Of a stretch of 64,000 bases of DNA, positions 13,101-23,587 are shown piece after piece. The DNA is from Octopus sinensis (lineage: Eukaryota): positions 88,040,001-88,104,000 of the forward strand of contig NC_043006.1 in NCBI RefSeq assembly GCF_006345805.1, written 5' to 3'. A program made the translations under genes and the position numbers. A model generated the notes under the pieces. The model made no database searches, was not told the DNA's origin, and saw only the letters and a list, made by a program, of their open reading frames with translations. The stretch's first letter is position 1, and each line of letters begins with the position of its first letter.

Positions 13101-14933
13101 CATGAAAAATCATTGATTATATTCTGTTATGTTTGTGTAGTTGGGAAATCATTTTGAATGGCAAGAAAAGCAAAAGAAAGATTTCAGGGGACACGATGAA
13201 AGGGGATAAAGGAGAGAAAAATTTAGAAGACAAGCTATAGGCCAAGGCTGCAGGGTTAAGGTACTTGTTTCATAATCAAGTGGCTTTAGACTTTATTCCA
13301 CTACGCAGCACTTAGAGCAAATATCTACTAACATAGCTTCAGGTTGATCAGTGCCTTGCGAGTAGAATTTAGTAGATAGAAATTCTCTCTCTCTTTCTTT
13401 CTCTCTCTCACTCTCTCCCCCCTCTCTCTCTCTCACTCTCTGTTCATTCATGGCAAAACTGCTAAACTTGTGCTTTCAAATAAAAATACTTTGTGGTATT
13501 TGTTTTGTGCAAAATAATTCCTATGTTGTCTCCAATCTCTTACCACTTTACAAAGAACACTGTGTGCATTTTAACATGGCACCAGTATTAGCGACAATAC
13601 TTTCTACCCCATAAGACAAAATAGTTCTCGCTTCTATATCCTGTGTCTCTTCACTCAATGCAACAAGAGTGTGAATAGCAGAGTGTTACCAGAAGAAAAC
13701 CGGAATGGACGGGTATGAAGAAAACAAGAATTTGATGGTGGAAACACAGTGATTGTGGTGAGAGGGAAGGAGTAAAGGTGAGAGGATGTGTTGATAGTAC
13801 AAAAAGAGTGATGAGTGAGTGCATTAAGTACAGGATAAAGGTAAGTAGGATTGAGTAGAGATAGCTCTAGTCCAATCTTCCATTACATGGGTATTGTGGC
13901 ACAGTGAGAGGAGTGTGTTGGATAGACCTAAGGACATCTTTACACAGGAAACATTATAGAGTAAATAGGAGAGAGAGTTAATGGTAATCTAAGTTACAGT
14001 GGCAGCATAGTACAGTGAACATAAGAGAAAGTCAGTGAAGGAGGGCGGATGATAGAGAGACAGTAGATAGAAATTTGAAACTGTAGCTAGTGGGTGATTC
14101 CTGTAGCAGATCTCCCATCCGCCATCACTACTATTTTAACATTCATTTTATCGTATTTGCCTGGGCAGGCAGAATCTCTCCAACACTGCATGTCACCAAA
14201 CATTGTGCTGCTTTCAACCATGGCACACATATTTTTTTTCAAAATATTCATAAAAATTTAAAGAAATTGAATGAATTTTTGAGAAAGACTCACTTGAAAG
14301 GTTGTGCATTGTGGAACACTTGAAAAGTCAGAAAAATATGGCATTCATAGTTTAATTTTTGATCTGCCTTTAGCTATAAAGAAGTAGATTCAAGTGGATA
14401 CAAGTTTTCGAAAAAATATAACATAAATCTGCTCAACCAAATTTATTTTCAAATGTTCAAATCAATATTCATCAAAAAAAAAAAAAGGTTACCACAAGCC
14501 AAGATATATATATTTGATTTTGTGCATGTATGTATATATTGTTCATTTGTTTTACATCTGTTTTTCTTTTATACCAGCATGGATTCATGGATTGAAACAT
14601 TATAGAGGCATTGCTTCACAGCAATATGTCCTTCCTGTCACAAAATTTTACTTGCTTTTTAAGCAAGAGGTTTTTACATATTACACTTGTTGAAAGCACA
14701 CAGCTAGAAAATGATATTGTTGCCTTATAGAATTACAAGCTACAAGGCAACAAAATGAACTACATGTTAACACAGTTATGCATGCATATATGTGTGTATA
14801 TATTTACATACATACAGATATATATATATACATATACATACATATATATTATATATAGATATATAGATACACACACACATACAATATATACATATATACA
14901 CACACATACATATATACACATACATATATATAT

Positions 14934-16783
14934 AACGGGAAGCTTTATGAAAATAAACAAAAGACGAAGGCAGGTGGAATACAAACAAACAATTGTATTA
15001 GTATGGCGCTCAGGAATATAAATAAAACAAGTCTTTTACGTTTTGAGCCTACGCTCTTCAACAGAAAGTTACACAGAAAAGAAACACGGAGAGAAACAAG
15101 GAGAGAAAAAAAAAATGCGTGCAGAAGCTAGCGAATCAACATGGCGATCTGATTCCAGCCAGAAGTCAAAGATCAAACATGAGACGCAAGAGCGAAAATA
15201 GGGGAGATAATAGGGTCAAATGACCACGCCCCAACATAAGGGTGTGTGTGTGTATGAGAGAGTATGTAGTGTGTATGAGAGGTCTGGACGTGTGCATGTA
15301 TGTATGATGCGATGTGTAATGTCATATGGTGTAGTGTAGGGAGAGGGGATGAGGGGGAGGGGAGGGGGGAGAGGGGAGGGGAGGAAGGAAGGAAGGAGGA
15401 AGAGGGGGGAAAGAAAGAGAAGAGGAGGGAGGAGGGAGGAGGGAGAAGGTGAGAGTGAAGTGGGTGAGAGGGGAGAGAAGGAAAGAACGAGGAGGTGTGG
15501 GTGAGATGAGATGAGGGTGGAGGGGGAGATGAGATGAGAGGGAGAATGAAAGAGGAGGGAGGAGAAGGGGGTGAAGGGGAGAAGGAAGGGGGGAGAGAGA
15601 AGTGGAGTGAGGGAGCAGAGAGAAAGAGGGAAGGGGAAGAGGGAAGAAGGGAAGAGGAGGGAAAGAGAGTAGGGGTGAAAGGATGAAGGACTGAAGAGAA
15701 GTAGGGGTCGGGGGAGGTTAGATGAGGAGGGGGAGAGTTGAGACCAAATGGCGTAAAAGAGCGAAGAGAGAAGATTAATTCCTGTTCACGGCGCAAACGG
15801 GAATCCGGATGGCCTCTGTGCAAGGACAAACCGAACACAGACAGGTGTTGCAAGGAGTGACTGGTGGAGTGGAAATGGCGTGAGACCAGTGTGTCGTTGG
15901 CAAGGCGGATGTCATGGAGGTGTTCCGCGAACTGGTCAGCGAAGCGGCGTCCCGTTTGTCCGATGTACAAGGAATGGCAGAGAGAGCAAGAGATGCAATA
16001 GATGCTATTGCTGGAGGTGCAGGTGAAGAAGTTGATGATGCGATAGGGTCGATGATGGGTGCCAGTGAGGAGGGTGGTGTTGGAGAGGTAAGGGCAAGTG
16101 CGGCAACGTGGGCGGGAGCAGGGGAACGAGCCAGGTTGGGAGGTAGGGTCAGGGAAGGAGCTGTGGACCAAAAGGTCTCGTAGGTTATGGGTTCGTTTGA
16201 AGGAGGGGCGGAGTCGGTTAGGGAAGAGGTGTGAAGTGGACGGGTCGGACTGGAGATGCCAGAAAGCTCGAAGAATGGTGCGTTGGAGAGGTAGGGTCGT
16301 GGGGTGGTAAGTGAGGAGAAAAGGGAGGCGGGAGACTACAGGGCGGGTTCGGGGGGGAGAGAGCAGAAGCACGGTCTACGGAACGTGCTCTGGCAAGGGC
16401 GGTGTGGATAGTGGTGAGGGGGTATCCACGTAGGATGAAGTGGTGAGCCATGCGTTGAGACTGAGTCTCAAAGTCATGGTCGTCACTACAGAGCCTACGT
16501 AGACGGAGGAATTGGGAATAGGGGATGGAAAGCTTGGTGTGTTTTGGGTGGGAGGAAGAGAAGTTTAGGTATGAGTGTGAGTTTGTGCGTTTGTAGTGAA
16601 TGGAGGTGGTAAGAGTGGAGTGATGAATGCTGACCGAAATGTCGAGGAAGGAGACAGAGGTGTTGGAGATAGTGGAGGTGAAGTGGAGGGCTGGATGGAA
16701 AAGGATTGAACGAAAGAGAGGAAGGAATCTAGATGTTCACAGGAGAGTGAACCGTATAGTTCAGGAGTGGGACCAGTGAAATT
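14934..16783 (-). mobile_element. Penelope-like retroelement, 5'-truncated: RT C-terminus, GIY-YIG endonuclease, CT-rich 3' region and terminal repeat; inactive
   Basis: Minus strand reads FTGPTPELYG/SLSCEHLDSFLSFVQSFHPALHFT..SFLDI..HYKRTNSHSYL..SSHPKHTKLSIPYSQFLRLRRLCS..FILRGYP, then CSRPRCRTC..SIYCISCSLCHSLYIGQT..EH..RREQELIFSL..PFGLN. Frameshifts in homopolymers at ~16700 and ~16354. Confidence 0.95.
15032..15068 (-). ncRNA. Minimal hammerhead-like motif (family 2) in the PLE 3' end; G12 mutated to A
   Basis: CUUU-CUGUUGA-A-GAGC(GUAG)GCUC-AAAAC-GUA-AAAG. Confidence 0.45.
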
Positions 16784-16812
16784 GTCAGTCGCTCCACACT
16801 ACTTGACCGGCA

Positions 16813-16854
16813 GCTACAGACGCGTTTCGGGGTATTGCCCCTTTTCAATGCAGC
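16813..16854 (-). ncRNA. Type I hammerhead ribozyme, copy A (intact; U3-A8 core variant)
   Basis: GCUGCA-UUGAAAA-GGGG(CAAUA)CCCC-GAAAC-GC-GUC-UGUAGC. Stems I, II and III all pair; predicted cleavage after GUC (16819/16818). Confidence 0.75.
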
Positions 16855-17066
16855 GTAGCCAGCCAGTAGGTGTCGCTTCCGACAATCTCTGTTCGATGGT
16901 TTTATTTACCTAGTTTCGGTGGAATACATCCACTTGTTTTCAATAATAGAAATATTAAAATTACTAAGTCTCTATTATTGAAAACAAGTGGATGTATTCC
17001 ACCGAAACTAGGTAAATAAAACCATCGAACAGAGATTGTCGGAAGCGACACCTACTGGCTGGCTAC

Positions 17067-17108
17067 GCTGCATTGAAAAGGGGCAATACCCCGAAACGCA
17101 TCTGTAGC
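17067..17108 (+). ncRNA. Type I hammerhead ribozyme, copy B (stem III G to A lesion, AUC site)
   Basis: GCUGCA-UUGAAAA-GGGG(CAAUA)CCCC-GAAAC-GC-AUC-UGUAGC. Confidence 0.65.
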
Positions 17109-17426
17109 TGCCGGTCAAGTAGTGTGGAGCGACTGACCTCCCTTGTTCGAAGGTTATATGGATACAGTTTGTGTATCAAATAGCTAACTTAAGGCGATGG
17201 CCTCATGGAGCTAATAAGCGGACAGCTTTATTCTTATTTTTATAAGAATGCCATATTAGTATGGCGATAACTATTATTTTCCGGGAACGCTGCCGCTGTT
17301 CTCTTTTAGAGACTTAATAATTTTAATATTTCTATTATTGAAAACAAGTGGATGTATTCCACCGAAACTAGGTAAATAAAACCATCGAACAGAGATTGTC
17401 GGAAGCGACACCTACTGGCTGGCTAC

Positions 17427-17468
17427 GGTGCATTGAAAAGGGGCAATACCCCGAAACGCGTCTGTAGC
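17427..17468 (+). ncRNA. Type I hammerhead ribozyme, copy C (stem I C to G lesion, GUC site)
   Basis: GGUGCA-UUGAAAA-GGGG(CAAUA)CCCC-GAAAC-GC-GUC-UGUAGC. Confidence 0.65.
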
Positions 17469-17640
17469 TGCCGGTCAAGTAGTGTGGAGCGACTGACCTC
17501 CCTTGTTCGAAGGTTATATGGATACAGTTTGTGTATCAAATAGCTAACTTAAGGCGATGGCCTCATGGAGCTAATAAGCGGACAGCTTTATTCTTATTTT
17601 TATAAGAATGCCATATTAGTATGGCGATAACTATTATTTT

Positions 17641-17673
17641 TATATATATATACACATATATATATATACACAC

Positions 17674-17742
<69 letters not shown>

Positions 17743-17889
17743 CACATATATATATATATACACATATATATATATATACATATATATAATATATACATAT
17801 ATATATATACACATATATATATATACACATATATATAATACACATATATATATTACACATATATATATATACATATATATATATATACC

Positions 17890-17920
<31 letters not shown>

Positions 17921-18100
17921 CATATATATATAACATATATATATATACATATATATATAATACATATATATATATAACATATATATATATACATATATAT
18001 ATATACATATATATATATATACATATATATATATACATATATATATATATACATATATATACATATATACATATATATATACATATATATACATATATAC

Positions 18101-18153
<53 letters not shown>

Positions 18154-18225
18154 CATATATTATATACATATATATATATATACATATATATATACATATA
18201 TATATATACATATATATACATATTA

Positions 18226-18302
<77 letters not shown>

Positions 18303-18333
18303 TATATATACATATATGTATATATATACATAC

Positions 18334-18390
<57 letters not shown>

Positions 18391-18413
18391 CATATACATA
18401 TTTATACATATAC

Positions 18414-18466
<53 letters not shown>
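17641..18466. repeat. ~830-bp (TA)n/(TATATACA)n compound microsatellite
   Basis: Direct reading; source of the YIYI ORFs. Confidence 0.95.
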
Positions 18467-18468
<2 letters not shown>

Positions 18469-18619
18469 TAAAAGGCTTCCAAATAAAGAAGCAAGTGCTA
18501 GATACACAAAGAGGGGATAAATTCATGAAATGGAATGAAAATCAAAAACGTTTACTTATTCGTCTTTTGTACTAGGTCACTGGTAATAATAATTTATTTT
18601 TATTACCCTATTTACTATG

Positions 18620-18659
<40 letters not shown>

Positions 18660-19285
18660 ATATATATATATATGCATAAGGTCTATGTTCAAAATAGCAA
18701 ACTAACAACATATACCTTGTGTATGTGTGTTTGACTTTGTTTATATACCTTTGTTTATCTGTCTATTCATATATGAATAGATAGATAGATAGATGCACAT
18801 ACATGGGTGTATTGTTTGTGTGTGTATGTGTAATGAAAAATCCGATAAAAAATATGTTTTCCATGTGGTGAATTGTAGTGAAAAATATAAAAAAATGAAA
18901 AATGCAGAGAAATTTTGTTTGACAACTGAAACTTAGTCAGTCAGTTGATGGACTCCACTACCTCAAATGTTCTTAAAATTTATATCCACATCTTTGTCTA
19001 TGTATCTACCTTCTCTATAATGTTGCCACTTGATATGACAATTTTTGTATTAATAGAAAACCTCTATAATTGGCTGATGAGTGCTCAGTATTTTAAAACT
19101 GTTGTAATACTTACAACATTTAATAAACTGATGTAGTACGAAACGATCGTACCAAATTACCGGAGTCATTCTTGTTGCTTATTTTGATTATAATCACCCC
19201 ACGGATTTTTATGGATAACACCATACAGAATTCTGGTGCATCTAAATTAAGTACCATATTCATTTGTATCTAAATTTTTGCTGAA

Positions 19286-19325
<40 letters not shown>

Positions 19326-19699
19326 CACATATACATATGAAATAAAATATTTCATATTTTATCAGTTTTGCTTGTGGCTAATCATGACTGAGAATTTAGT
19401 GATATTGTTATAATTTCATGCTATTATAAGAAGTTTTCGTACCATGTTAATAGAAGGAAGTATATTTTGTAACTGAATCAGAAGGCAAATAGATTTCAGG
19501 GGAGATAATCAATGGTTGTTAATAAAAGCAGGGAGTTAATAACCCTGATTTTGATGGTGAATTGAATAGTTTTAGATTAAAGTGTCTGGGAACACAACAT
19601 ACAAGTGGATGTTATATTGTATGGATTTATAAATAAATTTGATTGTTTGCATAATTACAAAGATTTACTTGTCAATAAATGAGAAATTGGTCAAAAAGA

Positions 19700-21400
19700 G
19701 ACGTTTTCTTATTTATACATCTTTAGAAAATCAAAAACGTGAAGGCCGATATACATTGAAGAAATGGACAACGTGCTCTCATTGCTTGTGTTAGCCATTT
19801 CAAAACACTTTTAATCAATATAATATAAAGAATTACAAGGTATAAAGAATTAAAATGTATAAAGCAATCATCCAGATGTCTTTTCCAGCTCTCTCTTATA
19901 TATTTGTAAAATGAGTATTCATATTTTTGTAGTGATACTTAATATATAATCATTTCTAAATATCCTGTTACTAGATTTGCAAGAACTGAGGCTGCATTTG
20001 TTCCCATTGAGATTTTTGTGAGTAAATAATTGGTATCAAATAAGAAGTATTTGTTCTAGAGGATAAATTTTAAAGCTACAAATATAAATTCCTTGTTGAT
20101 GTACCCTGATAGTTCCGGATAGTTTACCAATCGAAATTTGATTGCTTCAATTCAATAGTCATGTGAGATATTAGTATATAGGTTCACGGCCTTAAAGAAT
20201 ACCATGACTGTCTCTTCATTGATTGATTTTTGGGAGGTGGTTTAGCATATCCAGATCATCTTTATTGAAGATATTGATGTATTTCAGAAGAAGCTTCAGT
20301 AGAATGTCAAGAAATTTGCTTAAGAAGTGGGTTTCACATGATGGGCTTGTTATAATGGGTCTTAGTTTTAAATCTAATGGTGATTGGACATTAATGTATA
20401 TGCCTGGTGATTCTTTGCAGGGTTCATTAATTATCAAAATTTGTAACAGAGCTGATTTCATTGTCTACCAGACCTTTTGCATGTAGGGGAAGAAAAAATG
20501 AAAGATTTTTCATTATTTTTCGTTTATTGTTTTCAAAGGTTTTGTAGTTGGAATTTTTTTTTCTAGCATAGACAGTACCTCCAAACTTCCTTTATCAGCT
20601 TCTTTAATTGTCAATCTTTTATCATTTTGCAATTCAATTAAGTTCCTCCATTCAGTAGTGCTGAGGTTTGAGTTAATTTTTTTTATTTGTGTAAAGCATT
20701 ATGAGAGAAATTCAGAATGTGGTCACAAAAGTCAAGTGTTTTATTTCTAACTTTAAGTGGAAGATAATTGCTTTTGTTTTTAACAAGTGAATCATCATTG
20801 TTATTATAGTTAAGAGGTGTTTCTGTAAGTCGAAATTTTCTGTAAAATTCTGTAATATTGTCTTTGATTTTTTTTCTGATTAGATCTGTATGGGTTTGAA
20901 GAAAATTTTGCTAGTATGTTGATTTTTGTTGTTGAAAAAGTTTTCTTGGATAAGCTTATTATCTTGGGTTTTTCCTGTATGTCTTCTTCGAAAATGTGTC
21001 CCTGTTTCACTGGACAGGGTGTGTCTAAAAGACGTCTGTTAAAATTACCTTCATGTGGATTGTTAGCGTTACTAATTATATTTGAATTGCTAGAAGACTG
21101 GCTTTACTGTCCTAAGCATATTAGGTGTATTTACATGCTTCAAGATGCTTCAATGAGAATTAAACATATTCCCTTGAGTGTTTATCATTGCTGGAGAAAA
21201 ATTTACATTTCTAACTCTGGAGTGATTCCTGCGTTGAGAGTGATATACTTCCAAGCGTGAGGTTGGTTTTGTGTAGTTGTGTTCTTTTAAATGTCTATAA
21301 TTTGGTTTATTTGATTGTTTAGTCACTTCTGTGTAGGTTTTCATTCTCAGTTTCTTCAAAAAATGGTTACTGGAACTGTATTCTGTTTTGAACTGGTTTT
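19700..21400 (-). mobile_element. Old degraded Penelope-like RT
   Basis: LRPIITSPSCETHFLSKFLDILLK (ORF 20216..20461), then VNLYTNISHD, SMGTNAASVLANLVTGYLE and WKRHLDDCF (RT motifs A, B', C) with multiple stops. The extent beyond ~20500 is less certain. Confidence 0.75.
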
Positions 21401-21601
21401 CAGAATTACAGAAAAAAAGCTAACATGCTTTTTCCAAATATTGGAAGGAATTTATTTCTTCAGATTCACAAGTTTCTTTCCATAGTTTGAGAACACTTTC
21501 TAAAAGATGTCCATCAGAATGTTTAATGAGTTTGATATGTATTTTTTCATCAATGGTTTTATATTTTTGTTCATTGCTTGATGCTCTTATGTGTGTGTGT
21601 G

Positions 21602-21965
21602 TCATCATCATCATCATCATTTAACGTCCGTTTTCCATGCTGGCATGGGTTAGACAGAGGCTGACCAGCTGAAGGGCTGTTCAGGCTCCGGTTGTCTGTT
21701 TTGGCATGGTTTCTACAACTGTATGCCCTTCCTAGCACCAACCACTTTACAGAGTGTACTGGATGCTTTTATACAACACTGGTATGGGTGCTTTTTACAT
21801 GACACCAGCAATTATGAACCCACAAGACTAGGGATGCTCAGCTGGAGACGGTTGCAAGGGACGAGCCTGTATGCAAGAGCAACCATAACTTTACTTAGTT
21901 TGGCATGTCTTTTCAAACAGCAAAGCACCAGGAATCTCAATTCCCTGTCATCCTGTCTGTAAGTC
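21602..21965 (-). mobile_element. RTE LINE/SINE 3' end with (GAT)n tail
   Basis: Reverse complement of the CCAACCCATGC..GCATGGAAA.CGGACGTTAAA(TGA)n tail shared with 37400-37475 and 40380-40445. Confidence 0.7.
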
Positions 21966-21978
21966 CCAGATATATGAG

Positions 21979-22021
<43 letters not shown>

Positions 22022-22729
22022 GCTGAATTCTGAAAAATTATAACATATAAGGATGAGACACATGTTATTTGTCTCTGAATTATAAGTTAGTTGTTAAGGC
22101 TGGTTACTGATGAGAATTCGCCTAGTGAATATATATATAGCAAATGAAAGACAGAAGATGGAATATACGAGAATTTATTCTTAATTACAGCAATTGTTTC
22201 AATACATCTAGCATTGATTCCTCTTGGGTGGGACTATCAACAACTGGTTCAGGAGCATCTGGTGATGCAGATGTATCTCATTGGGTGATAAATAAATAAA
22301 TAAAATAAAATAAATAAAACTCGTTAAAATGACTGTTCCACAATGTAACTTTGTGCTTTGTAGAAAGAAAAACAGCCAGACGGAGGAAATATCTTCATTT
22401 ATAGAGAAGATCAAAAATAAAATCACAGATGGCAAAAAGAGAAACGAACACACAATCCAGTGAGAAAAGTATTAAGATCAACCGTTAACAGACATGGATG
22501 TATAAACACCATTTCAAACAGCTACATTTAATTGATTAATGAAAAAATTACATGAATTTGAAAGAAACCATATTCTTCGGATGAAAACATAGGCTTTTAA
22601 ACATTTCTTTTACATCAATAATGGAAACCAAAATATTTTCATTGTTTCCATTTTTTTATATCTGTGGCAAATTGAGTTTAGAAAATAATGCATACCTTGA
22701 TAAGCCTACTATAATTTAGAGTGTAGCAG

Positions 22730-23100
22730 AAGGAATAGCGAGGGTCAAGATAAAAAGGGTGGTAATGTAGTTACTTATATTTAGAAGACTTTATGTAGTG
22801 TGTAGTCTTCAATCATTCAGAATTAAACCCATTGGGTATTGTCAACTGTATTCTAGTTAATGGTGACAAATCAATTAAAGTCAATCTACTAGACTCCAAA
22901 CATACTGGAACCATATATCTTGCTTTATCCACATAATTAAATGGAGCCACTTGAAATGGCCATAATGAATTCACACCTTTGTTACTTATTTATATTCTGT
23001 TCACCTAACTTGGAATCTGCACTTCAGAAATACTATGGAAAGTACCTTTATAAAAAGTACATGTTTGAATTACCAAGAATGGGTGTGCAGATTATACAGA
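22730..23100 (+). mobile_element. Highly degraded LINE apurinic endonuclease-like fragment
   Basis: RNSEGQDKKGGNVVTYI resembles the R.DR....GGGV..YI APE motif; many stops. Confidence 0.3.
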
Positions 23101-23449
23101 ACTAGCAAGGTGCCTGAATTTAACTACCTAAATCAACTGAATCTTGATTATATATATATATATTGTAAATTATTGTTTAAGCATTATAAAAATATAACCA
23201 CTGAACTTAAAAGTGCAAGTAGTAACATATTGTTAACTCCAATATATTATTACAATGCAAAAATCAAGAGTTCAAAGTGAAATTATTACATCTGAGAAAT
23301 ATCTGCTTTGGCACTATTTTAAATATAAATACAAATATATATATATATATATGGTAGATAAGTTCAGCAAAAATTTAGATTCAGATGAGTATCGTACTTA
23401 AGTTGAGGCCCCAGAATTTAGTACGGTATAATCCATACAATTTCAAAGT

Positions 23450-23504
23450 ATATATATATGTATGTATGTATATGTTTATGTATATGTATATATATATATA
23501 TGCG

Positions 23505-23582
<78 letters not shown>
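23450..23582. repeat. (TA)n/(TG)n microsatellite
   Basis: Direct reading. Confidence 0.95.

Positions 23583-23587
<5 letters not shown>

Larger units (their letters stand above)
16784..17137. repeat. Inverted repeat: 167-bp arms (166/167 identical), 20-nt loop
   Basis: 16784-16950 versus 16971-17137, aligned base by base. Confidence 0.95.
16971..17640 (+). repeat. Tandem direct repeat with 360-bp period (310 bp shared, 308/310 identical); retrozyme/pseudo-LTR-like
   Basis: 16971-17280 = 17331-17640 except for two substitutions; 17281-17330 completes the monomer. Confidence 0.95.

Noticed and set aside
15173-16372. 399-aa ORF as an intact gene
   Set aside because: The start is created by a frameshift inside the PLE polyprotein and the C-terminal half is a translated CT-rich tract; only the GIY-YIG part is meaningful.
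16971-17640. Repeat-spacer-repeat look (CRISPR-like)
   Set aside because: Units are 310 bp, there are only two, no cas genes are present and the context is eukaryotic; explained as a 360-bp tandem repeat.
17563-18507. Long ORFs (up to 203 aa) of Y/I/M/C repeats; likewise 6620-7250, 46027-46497, 48746-49231, 51522-51881 and 62537-63184
   Set aside because: Translations of (TA)n, (CA)n and (CATA)n microsatellites that simply lack stop codons.
19128-19151. CTGATG-TAGTAC-GAAACGATCGTA hammerhead-like word with a palindromic stem III
   Set aside because: No stem II hairpin, A9 missing and no stem I pairing; at best a decayed relic.
22135-22260. Possible third PLE tail (minus strand hairpin, GAAACAATTG, TATTCCATCT..GTCTTT)
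   Set aside because: No recognisable catalytic core; similarity to the family 2 tail is only a few short words.
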